A stretch of 63,446 nt of DNA, the filler included. It is 5 parts of 5 records of this genome, joined end to end, with 100 filler letters (N's around TTAATTAATTAA, not from the genome) between each part and the next. Parts side by side here need not be neighbours in the genome. Positions count along the whole stretch, not along the records: positions 1 to 10,866 come from SRR20825019_2589; positions 10,967 to 17,524 come from SRR20825019_2591; positions 17,625 to 39,631 come from SRR20825019_2592; 2 more parts are not named here. The stretch is one strand, 5' to 3'. The translations under genes were made by a program, and so were the position numbers. Below, one piece after another: positions 9,762 through 17,872 of this stretch. Positions within the stretch are counted from its first letter, which is position 1. Every line of letters starts with the position of its first letter. Under the pieces are notes generated by a model. It saw only the letters and a list, made by a program, of their open reading frames with translations, did no database searches and had not been told where the DNA came from.

Positions 9762-10673
9762 TCAGGGCTGCAGCCAGGCAGCAATGTCTGGAGAGTCTCC
9801 CAGCTTTTCCCAGAACCACATCAGAGCCTTGCCCTGGTCCTCGGCGTGGCGGGCCAGGTGAAGCTGGATAGCCTGCCTGGGTTCGTGGACTTTGAGTGCT
9901 ATCAAACGGCCATTCGCCAGTTGATCACGCACCCGTGCTTCCGGGAGCCAACCGACGGCAAGGCCGGTTTCTTGTACGGCGATCTTCTGGTCGATATTGG
10001 CAACGGTCACGGTTCGCTGGCGGCGGAATATGCCGGCGTGGCCGGGGGGCAAGGAGCGGGAAGTGTCTGCGGCTACTGCTGCGGGGAAGCGAGCAATATC
10101 CTCCTCCTTTAATGGCTGAGAGGCCCTTGTCAGAGGGTGGTCTGGTGCTACTGCGTAGACGAACGTCATGTTTCCCAGCGGTTTTGTGGTGAAAGAGCCT
10201 GCAGGTTTACTCACCTGATCGGCGCCCACAACCAGATCAATTCGTCGGCTTTGCAGCGCATCCCAGGAGCCGGCGAAGACTTCTTCCACCAATTGCACTT
10301 CCACCGGCACGCCGAGTTCGTAAAACTCTTTTACGGCGGGAAACAGGCACTCGGCCGGTAGCAGGGAGTTGAATCCGATTCGCAGTCGGGTTTCCCAGCC
10401 CTGGGCCACCTGGCGGGTGGTGTGGGCCAGGTTTTCAGCAGCTTCCAGCAGGGTGCGGCCCTCTTCCAGCAGATAGCGCCCGGCTGGGGTAAGGGCTGCT
10501 CGGTGGCCGGTGCGGTCGAAGATGGCGACGTTGAGGTCTTCTTCGAGCTTCTGGACGGTGTAGCTGATTGCCGAAGGGACGCGGAAGAGTTCGTTGGCGG
10601 CGCCGGCAAAGCTGCCTTTGCGGTCGATGGCATCGAGGACTTTGAGGGCGTCTATGGTGATGGCTGTGTGCAT
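9762..10673 (-). CDS. LysR-family transcriptional regulator (YhaJ-like)
   Basis: N-terminal HTH LDAIDRKGSFAGAANELFRVPSAISYTVQKLEE followed by a LysR substrate-binding domain; 303 aa. Confidence 0.93.
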   Translation of the reverse strand: MHTAITIDALKVLDAIDRKGSFAGAANELFRVPSAISYTVQKLEEDLNVAIFDRTGHRAALTPAGRYLLEEGRTLLEAAENLAHTTRQVAQGWETRLRIGFNSLLPAECLFPAVKEFYELGVPVEVQLVEEVFAGSWDALQSRRIDLVVGADQVSKPAGSFTTKPLGNMTFVYAVAPDHPLTRASQPLKEEDIARFPAAVAADTSRSLPPGHAGIFRRQRTVTVANIDQKIAVQETGLAVGWLPEARVRDQLANGRLIALKVHEPRQAIQLHLARHAEDQGKALMWFWEKLGDSPDIAAWLQP

Positions 10674-10674
10674 G

Positions 10675-10778
10675 TTCGAATTATCTGAATGTGTTGGCCA
10701 GAATTGATTGTTTGAGAGCGTAGCAGGGTGGCCGGTATTCTTCCTGTTAAAGATGTAAGGCTTATTCAGAAATTTGAA
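10675..10778. promoter_or_regulatory. Two candidate LysR boxes
   Basis: TTCGAATTATCTGAA (10675-10689, contains T-N11-A) abuts the LysR start codon. TTCAGAAATTTGAA (10765-10778) resembles the reverse complement of the first site. Confidence 0.45.
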
Positions 10779-10797
10779 GGCTCGGAGTCAGATCACG

Positions 10798-10866
10798 CCA
10801 GGGATGGGTCGTAAAAACACGCCGTAAACCCATCCCTGGGGGCTCGGCATTGCCATCCTTGGCAAT
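10798..10866 (+). repeat. Double-hairpin palindromic repeat element at the contig end
   Basis: Perfect 12-bp inverted repeat CCAGGGATGGGT (10798-10809) / ACCCATCCCTGG (10828-10839), followed by the hairpin ATTGCCA-TCCT-TGGCAAT (10849-10866). Confidence 0.65.
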
Positions 10867-10966
10867 NNNNNNNNNNNNNNNNNNNNNNNNNNNNNNNNNN
10901 NNNNNNNNNNTTAATTAATTAANNNNNNNNNNNNNNNNNNNNNNNNNNNNNNNNNNNNNNNNNNNN
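10867..10966. other. Artificial contig spacer
   Basis: 44 N + TTAATTAATTAA (stops in all six frames) + 44 N. Confidence 0.99.
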
Positions 10967-12844
10967 GCCCCATTTGTTGTTGTAGAGATTGAAGCGTATC
11001 CCGCCGTCATAGGCAGCGGGCTCTTGCGAATAGGGCATGAAGGGCTGGCCATGGGGCGCGACGAGGGGTGTGTCGAGCGGCACGATGTTGAGGCCGGAGC
11101 CGCTCGCCTGGCGGCATCGTGCGGCGAAGATCGCCTGAAGCTGCCCGCCGCCATTGACCGCGGTACGCCCGGCCTGATGCCATAATCCGGTCTTCAGAAA
11201 GGCCCATCGGCTGCACTGACTGTCGGCAAGCGAAAGAAAACCGGCCTCGGGCATGCGGTTGGCGTGTTTTTCGCGCAAAACAAGCGCCAGACGAAGCGTT
11301 CCACCCTCGCTTGACAGATGCATCTCGACCGACTTCGGCGCACCGAGATCGCCGTGGGCCTCCGGCGGCATATCCTGATGGATGACGACGTGGTCGCCGT
11401 CATGCTCGATGCCGAGAAGCCGGGGGGCAAAGATAGCCGAGCGGGCCGTTTTCGCGCGTGAAAGGCCGGGCTTGTCGTGGTCGAGGATCGCCCATTCCTC
11501 GCGATGGGTCAGGTAGCTGTCCATATGCGCGGCGACATCGCCGGCATCGTAGCTTTCGTGCCGGTAGCCGATCAGGACATCGCCGGCCAAGGTCTGCCCG
11601 TCCGGCGCCGTCAGCCGGATGATGTCGCCGGTCCGGGGATCGAGTCGGCCCGACCATTCGCCCACCGAAAACCCGTCGGCCTGCACAAGCGCCGGCGTCG
11701 ATTGCCGGCGCGGCGGCTCTGTCTGCGCAAGGGCGTTGTCCGCGCGGATCCGGTCTTCGCCTGTGAGATTTGCCGCCGCGATATCGATATAGCCGCGCTG
11801 TTCCGCCCAGGAGGCTTCGCTGTAGGCGAAACGGTAGTCGTTCTTGCGCGCCTCCTCGAAGACGGGGCGGTCCCAGGCCTGGTCGTCGCGCAGATAGGTC
11901 TTGATGTCCACGCCGCAGGTGTGTTCGGCGAGCATGGCAAGGTCGCGCCCGAAGCCTTTGCGGGCATCGTTCAGGCCCTCGGTTTCAAATGCGTCATAGA
12001 GCCGCTGAAGGCTGCGAAAACGGGCCATCTTCACCGGGTCGGCGCCGGCGCCGTGGATCCAGCTGTCACCCGGTTCGATTTCGACCACAGGCAGGCTTTC
12101 TCGTTCGCGCCACAGGATCGCGCCGTAGGTCTCCAGCGTGGCGGCACGGATGTCGGCATCCGGATGGGCGTGGCGAAGCGCACGGTAGACCTCGGTCGTC
12201 TGCGAGACCGTCTGCGGGCCGATATTGTCCTGGGTATGAGCGAAGCCAAGCCCATCCGAAAAACCTTCCGGGAACTGAACGCCGCCATAGCTCGCCTCGT
12301 ACATCACAACAATTTCCGATCCATCCGGCGCACGCCAGCGCGAAAGCGGCGGAAAGGCGGGAACGGGCGAGGCGGTGTTGACGCCGATATGGAGAAAACG
12401 GAGGCCCGCCGCCGCCATCAGCGGCACGATCCCGAGCGTGTGGCCCGGAACATCCGTCATCTTGGCCGCCCGGGTTTCAAGGCCGAAACGGGCATCGAGC
12501 AATTGCGAATAGGACAGACCCGCGCGAAACAGCGCGGGAGACATCAGCTCGGAATGGGTCGTGAAGGGCAGGCCGTGCCAGCGAATGAGCCCGTTTGTGA
12601 TCGCGCGCTCCAGCCGTTCGACTTCGGCGGCCGAGCGGGTTGCGAGGTGGTCCCAGATCAGCCATGCGCCGGTGGTCCAGACAAAGGCCGGACGATCCGG
12701 GTCTTCACGATGAAAGTGCTCGGCGGTCGTCAGCGCCTGGGGAATGAAGACCTCATGATACTGGCGGCGGACCTTTTCGGCATGGTCGGTGAAGCCGATA
12801 TCGAGGTGGGTCTTGAAGACAAGGTGAATGGTCGGCTGGCGCAT
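10967..12844 (-). CDS. DUF5054 / GH38-like putative glycoside hydrolase (3' end truncated by the contig end)
   Basis: N-terminal HLVFKTHLDIGFT, internal KMTDVPGH, GDSWIHG and EHTCG, C-terminal FNLYNNKWG; lies in a sugar ABC/LacI locus. Start placed at ATG 12844. Confidence 0.75.
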
Positions 12845-12872
12845 GGGAGCAGGCTTTTCTGAATTGGGCGGG

Positions 12873-13922
12873 TTAGCCGACGGTGCCGCGCACCACGAGG
12901 CGCGTACGGATCGTTTCGGACATTGCGGGCGCCGCGGGGTCATCCAGCCGCCGCAGGATCAGGCGGATGAGCGTTGCCACGCGCTCGGCAAGATCGACCT
13001 TGACGGTTGTCAGGTTGTAGCTGCGCCAGGCCGATTGGTCGATATCGTCGAATCCGACCACCTTGACGTCTTCGGGTACGCTGAGGCCCAGTTCGTGCCG
13101 GAGCGCATCGATCGCGCCGAATGCGCTGACGTCGTTGGCGGCGAAGATGGCATCGACATCGCTGCCATAGCGGAACAGGTCTATCGTTGCGGCATAAGCG
13201 GTGTCATAGGTGAAGTCGCCGGGAATGATCACCGGTTCGCCCAACCCTCTTGCCTTGAGGATATCGACAAGCGTCCGGCTTCGCTCGGCGTTGGCCAGCG
13301 TGTGGGGGTCGCCGGCGAGATAGGCGAAACGTTTTCCGCCATAACCCTGCACGAGAGCGACCGCTTTTTCCAGGCCGTCGCGCTGCAGCACGTCGACCCG
13401 GTCGAAATGGGCCTTGCTTTCGCGAAACAGCGGCGGAAGCTCGCCATTTTCCCGTGGGTAGCTGAGATAGATCGGAACCGCCCGGTCGAGATAGCGCGCC
13501 AGCGTATCCGGTCGCACATTTTCGGCGAATGCGATGATCGAGTCGAGGTTGAAGCCCTTCATATAGGTCAGGAGCCGCACGTCCATCGCCCGGTCGGCGC
13601 GGGTCTTGAACAGCAGCGTGGCAAATCCCTTGTCCTGCAACGCCGTGGTAAGCGCATCGATCTCCTGGCTTTCCCACGGGCTGCATACCGCCGGAACGAT
13701 GACGCCGACGAGATGGGAGCGACGGGTTACCAGCGCGCGCGCCGCCATGTCGGGCGTGTAGTTCAGTTCCTGCGCGATCTTGAGGATACGCTGGCGCTTT
13801 TCCGGTTTCAGCGAGGCGTTCGGGTTGAAGGCGCGGGAGACGGCCGCGCGCGATACATTCGCCGCCGCGGCGACCATGTCGGCCGTTGCTCTTGCCCCGT
13901 TTCTGACCGGTTGATCCGCCAA
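12873..13922 (-). CDS. LacI-family transcriptional regulator
   Basis: HTH TADMVAAAANVSRAAVSRAFN, hinge YTPDMAARAL, AIFAAND and VPEDVKVVGFDD; TTG start with GAGG RBS. Confidence 0.95.
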   Translation of the reverse strand: MADQPVRNGARATADMVAAAANVSRAAVSRAFNPNASLKPEKRQRILKIAQELNYTPDMAARALVTRRSHLVGVIVPAVCSPWESQEIDALTTALQDKGFATLLFKTRADRAMDVRLLTYMKGFNLDSIIAFAENVRPDTLARYLDRAVPIYLSYPRENGELPPLFRESKAHFDRVDVLQRDGLEKAVALVQGYGGKRFAYLAGDPHTLANAERSRTLVDILKARGLGEPVIIPGDFTYDTAYAATIDLFRYGSDVDAIFAANDVSAFGAIDALRHELGLSVPEDVKVVGFDDIDQSAWRSYNLTTVKVDLAERVATLIRLILRRLDDPAAPAMSETIRTRLVVRGTVG

Positions 13923-13941
13923 TTCCGATGCCTCGCCAATA

Positions 13942-13955
13942 TGAAAGCGTTTTCA
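13942..13955. promoter_or_regulatory. Candidate LacI-family operator 1
   Basis: TGAAAGCGTTTTCA is a near-perfect dyad with central CG, about 20 nt upstream of the lacI start. Confidence 0.75.
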
Positions 13956-14103
13956 AAAACTTCGATATTTTATCCACTGAACCTCGACGTGAAGTCAAGC
14001 GCGACTTTGCTTCACCTGTCATAATATTCTTATAAAATCAGTGATAGTATGGCTTCTCGCGAAAAATCATAAAATCTGAGGAGTCGATTTTCGATGGATC
14101 GAG

Positions 14104-14133
14104 TTGACGATAAAATGAAAACGTGTGCATTCT
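14104..14133 (+). promoter_or_regulatory. Candidate sigma70 promoter containing LacI operator 2
   Basis: TTGACG (-35, 14104-14109). TGAAAACGTGTGCA (14116-14129) matches operator 1's reverse complement at 11/14. Weak -10 CATTCT. Confidence 0.55.
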
Positions 14134-14215
14134 TGGAATTGCGGTGCGTGGAGGCATCCGCGCATGACATCGCTCGCGCCGGGCTGCCGGCGTCGTTCAA
14201 TCAGGGAGGAGATTT

Positions 14216-15580
14216 GTGATGGCCGGACGTTTGAAAACCTTGTTGATCGCGCTTGCCGGCGCCAGTGCGATGGCCGCACCGGCGTTTGCGACCGATCTCA
14301 GCATTACATGCCGCTGCGTAGAGGGCGGCGCCAACAGCCAGATGGCCGAGTGGATCAAGAACAGCGTCATTCCGGGCTTCGAGAAGATAAAGTCCGAGAA
14401 CGGCGAGGACGTCACCGTCACGCTCAAGGAGTTTGCGGGGCAGGACGAGCAGCTCACCCAGCAGCAGGCGCTCGATTTTTCGACCGGCGCGGGCGCCGAC
14501 GTCAACGGCTTTGACGGCTTTCTCATTCCGAGCTTCGTGGAAGCCGGCCTGCTGAAGCCGCTCGATGAAATGGCCGGACCGGCCGTCGATCAGTGGGAGG
14601 GCTGGGACCACATCTCCGAGGGTTCCAGGCAGTTGATGTCGTTCGACGGCAAGGTTTACGGGATCGCGCTTGGCACCGATGTCCGGATGATCTTCATCCG
14701 CAAGGATCTGTTCGAACAGGCCGGCATCGACCCTGACGGCTGGCAGCCAACCTCGTGGAACGATCTGCTCGACGCCGCGCGCAAGATCAAGGAAGCCGTG
14801 CCGGATTCCTACCCGCTGCAGATCAATGCCGGCGTCTCGATGGGCGAAGCGACCACGATGCAGGGCTATTACATGCTCGTTCTTGGCGCCGATCAGGGCC
14901 TCAGGGACGAGAACGGCAAATGGATCGTTTCGAGCCCCGGCATCGTCGATACGCTGAATTTCTACAAGACGGTCTATCTTGACGAGGAACTTGGCGACCG
15001 GCGCGCCCAGCTTCTGGGCGATGGCCGTAACCGCACCTTCGCCAATTTCCGCGACGGCAAGACCGCCATGCTGGTGGAGGGCGACTGGTTCTATCGATCT
15101 GTCACCGCGCCCGGCTCGGAATTCGAACTCAAGGACCGCGACAATCTCATGACCTGGAAGAAGATGCCGGCCCGGGAACCGGGCGCGGGCTTCGCCGGCC
15201 AGGATTTCGTGACGATTTCCGGTGGCACCGGCTTCGTGCTCAATCCGAATACCGACGCGCCGGAAGAGGCATGGGACCTGCTGGCCTACATGAACAGCAA
15301 GGAACAGCTTGAGGCCTTCCAGACCTATCAGGCCCGCATCCGCCTGCGCGATGATGTCGGCATTCCGGATTCGCCGTTCCTGTCGGAGAGCTCGGAGGCG
15401 CTTCTGCCGCTGACGACGGCCCGTCCGAATGACGCCGACTACAACAAGGTTTCCGCAGAGGTTCAGCGGATGACCGAAGCCGTCGTTTCCGGCGAGATGT
15501 CGCCGGAGGAAGCCATGGCGCAATACCGGACCGCGGTGACCGAGATTGTCGGCGCCGACAATACCGTAAGCCTTCAGTAG
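14216..15580 (+). CDS. Carbohydrate ABC transporter substrate-binding protein
   Basis: Signal peptide ending AFA; LKPLDE, DGKVYGIA, RKDLFEQAG and GKTAML..GDW match SBP family 1; GGGAGG RBS (start 14216 or 14219). Confidence 0.92.
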   Translation: MMAGRLKTLLIALAGASAMAAPAFATDLSITCRCVEGGANSQMAEWIKNSVIPGFEKIKSENGEDVTVTLKEFAGQDEQLTQQQALDFSTGAGADVNGFDGFLIPSFVEAGLLKPLDEMAGPAVDQWEGWDHISEGSRQLMSFDGKVYGIALGTDVRMIFIRKDLFEQAGIDPDGWQPTSWNDLLDAARKIKEAVPDSYPLQINAGVSMGEATTMQGYYMLVLGADQGLRDENGKWIVSSPGIVDTLNFYKTVYLDEELGDRRAQLLGDGRNRTFANFRDGKTAMLVEGDWFYRSVTAPGSEFELKDRDNLMTWKKMPAREPGAGFAGQDFVTISGGTGFVLNPNTDAPEEAWDLLAYMNSKEQLEAFQTYQARIRLRDDVGIPDSPFLSESSEALLPLTTARPNDADYNKVSAEVQRMTEAVVSGEMSPEEAMAQYRTAVTEIVGADNTVSLQ

Positions 15581-15643
15581 TCTTTCGGGGATGCCGCATG
15601 ACTTAGACCATGCGGCATCCGCAGTCCCGCGCGGAGCCAAACA

Positions 15644-16555
15644 TTGAAAAAGTTCACGCTTCTATCCAACAAAGCGGGGTCGCTGTTCATGGCGCCCGCG
15701 GCAGCGCTTGTCGGCGCTTTCGTCATCGCGCCGTTCTTCTGGATCATCTTCGTTTCCTTCACCAACCGCACGCTTCTCGGCAAGACTGCGGTCAATCCGG
15801 AATTCGTGGGCCTCGACAATTATATCGCGCTGTTCGACCCCTCGAACTTCTTCACCCGCGGCCAGTTCGGCTTCTCGCTGATCCTGACGATCCAGTTCGT
15901 GCTGTTTTCGGCCGTTATCGGTCAGGCGGTGCTCGGCCTGCTTCTGGCGTGGCTGATGCAGGCGGTTCCCAAGCCGGTGAAGAGCCTGACGGAGACCGCG
16001 GTCATCGGGGCCTGGATCCTGCCCGAAGTGGTGATCGGCTTCGCCTGGTTCGCCTTCCTCGACTACGACAACGGTACGCTCAACGGGATATTGACCAGCC
16101 TCGGCCTGCCGCGCGGCGACTGGCTGCTCGACTATCCGTTCTGGGTGATCGTGTTCTTCAACACCTGGCGGGGCGCTGCCTTTTCGATGATGCTGTTCAA
16201 TTCGGCCTTCTCGTCGATCCCGCCGAGCTATTTTCAGGCGGCCGATGTCGCGGGCGCATCCTCGTGGCAGAAGTTCCGCGATATCGCGCTGCCGCTGGTG
16301 CGCGGCCATGTCGTCACCGACCTGATCCTGATCACGATGTGGACCTTCAACGTGTTCACGCCCTACCTGCTGACCAAGGGCGGACCGTCCTACCGGACCG
16401 AAGTCCTGTCGATCTACACCTATCGCATCGCTTTCCGCGATTTCGAATTCGGCAAGGGCGCGGCCGTCGGCGTGGTCATCATGTTCATCAATCTTGCCTT
16501 TGCCCTGATCTATCTCCGGGTTGCGCGCAAGAAGGCGGCGGGAGAAGCACAATGA
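15644..16555 (+). CDS. Carbohydrate ABC transporter permease 1
   Basis: FVGLDNY, multiple TM helices and EAA-like loop FQAADVAGASSWQKFRDIALP; start uncertain. Confidence 0.9.
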   Translation: MKKFTLLSNKAGSLFMAPAAALVGAFVIAPFFWIIFVSFTNRTLLGKTAVNPEFVGLDNYIALFDPSNFFTRGQFGFSLILTIQFVLFSAVIGQAVLGLLLAWLMQAVPKPVKSLTETAVIGAWILPEVVIGFAWFAFLDYDNGTLNGILTSLGLPRGDWLLDYPFWVIVFFNTWRGAAFSMMLFNSAFSSIPPSYFQAADVAGASSWQKFRDIALPLVRGHVVTDLILITMWTFNVFTPYLLTKGGPSYRTEVLSIYTYRIAFRDFEFGKGAAVGVVIMFINLAFALIYLRVARKKAAGEAQ

Positions 16556-17382
16556 AGCTCGGTTTCGGCCAGTATGTCTCCCGCATCGGATTTTCGGCGT
16601 TCGCGGCCATTCTCGGCGCAGTGTTCGCGCTGCCGCTGATCTGGTTCCTGTTTGCCCCGTTCAATGCGCGCGCCGAACTGGGGCTCGCCATTCCCGACCC
16701 GTTCACGCTGCAGAATTTCGCGACGGTGTTCGAAAACAGTTTTGCCATCCGCGCGCTCCTCAATTCTCTCATCCAGAGCGTTGGCGGCGTCGTGCTTGTC
16801 GGCGCTGCGGCAACGCTTGCGGCCTATGCGCTTTCGCGTTCGTCGATGCCGGGCAAGGGCGCGGTCACCTACGTGCTTTTGCTGTTTTCCTCGGTGGTCT
16901 CGGGCTCGGCGGCGATGGTGCCGATCTTCCTGATCGTGTCCGCCATGGGGCTGATCGACAGCCATCTCGCCGTCATCCTCGTCTTTGCCGGCGGGCTGCT
17001 GCCGACGGCGATGTTCATCCTGCGCGACTTCATCGACGGTATTCCGCGCTCCTATGAGGAAAGCGCCATGGTCGCCGGCGCGTCGCCGGTGCAGGCCTTC
17101 TTCGACGTCGCGCTGCCGGTCATCCGGCCGGGTATCGTCGTTGTGGTGGTGTGGGCCTTCGTCAATATATGGGGCAGCTTCCTCATTCCCTTCATCCTGC
17201 TGCGCTCCGAGGATCTGATGCCGGCGTCCGTCGCGATCTATTCCTTCTATTCGGAGGCCGGAACGCCCGTTGTCACACTGCTTGCAGCCTACGCGCTGAT
17301 CTACTCGCTTCCTGTCATCGCCCTCTACCTGTTCGTCAGCTGGAAGTTCGGCTTCCGGTTCTTCGGCGGGATCAAGGCCTAA
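16552..17382 (+). CDS. Carbohydrate ABC transporter permease 2
   Basis: ATGA overlap with permease 1; TLQNF, AAYALSR and EAA loop YEESAMVAGAS. Confidence 0.9.
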   Translation: MKLGFGQYVSRIGFSAFAAILGAVFALPLIWFLFAPFNARAELGLAIPDPFTLQNFATVFENSFAIRALLNSLIQSVGGVVLVGAAATLAAYALSRSSMPGKGAVTYVLLLFSSVVSGSAAMVPIFLIVSAMGLIDSHLAVILVFAGGLLPTAMFILRDFIDGIPRSYEESAMVAGASPVQAFFDVALPVIRPGIVVVVVWAFVNIWGSFLIPFILLRSEDLMPASVAIYSFYSEAGTPVVTLLAAYALIYSLPVIALYLFVSWKFGFRFFGGIKA

Positions 17383-17396
17383 ACGGACCCAGTTTC

Positions 17397-17524
17397 ATGG
17401 CATCGGTTGAATTCAAGAACATAACCAAGAAGTTCGGCGCCTTCACGGCCGCCTCGGACCTCAACATCGAAATCGGCGACGGGGAGTTCGTCTGCCTGCT
17501 CGGCCCGTCCGGCTGCGGCAAGAC
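17397..17524 (+). CDS. ABC transporter ATP-binding subunit (MalK-like), truncated
   Basis: MASVEFKNITKKFG...GEFVCLLGPSGCGK (Walker A) running into the spacer. Confidence 0.9.
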
Positions 17525-17624
17525 NNNNNNNNNNNNNNNNNNNNNNNNNNNNNNNNNNNNNNNNNNNNTTAATTAATTAANNNNNNNNNNNNNNNNNNNN
17601 NNNNNNNNNNNNNNNNNNNNNNNN
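17525..17624. other. Artificial contig spacer
   Basis: Same 100-nt N/TTAATTAATTAA linker. Confidence 0.99.
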
Positions 17625-17649
17625 ATTTCTAACCAGTTGTCCTTTAGAG

Positions 17650-17723
17650 TGACCCCGACAGGATTCTAACCTGTAACCGCTGGAGCCGAAATCCAGTGCG
17701 CTATACAGTTGCGCCACGGAGCC
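17650..17723 (-). tRNA. tRNA-Arg(UCG), CCA not encoded
   Basis: The reverse complement folds as GGCTCCG TG GCGC AACTGTATA GCGC A CTGGA TT-TCG-GC TCCAG CGGTT ACAGG TTAGAAT CCTGT CGGGGTC A (74 nt). All four stems pair and the Arg identity element A20 is present. Confidence 0.93.
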
Positions 17724-17872
17724 ATTTTTATCACTTACAAAATCCCGTTAGGAATGCAAATGGTACAGACAAAAGTAGCACATCAGTAGAAATCCACAAG
17801 CCTTCTTGGCAAATAAACCCGCGAATTCAAATATTTTTGTGCTTTATGCGTTTATCGCCTATAATTGATTCC

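Noticed and set aside
11477-16552. Long alternative-frame ORFs (11477-12862, 12828-14024, 14201-15640, 15662-16552, and the first half of 15610-17382)
   Set aside because: High-GC shadow ORFs overlapping well-supported genes. The 590-aa ORF is a spurious extension of permease 2, which starts at 16552.
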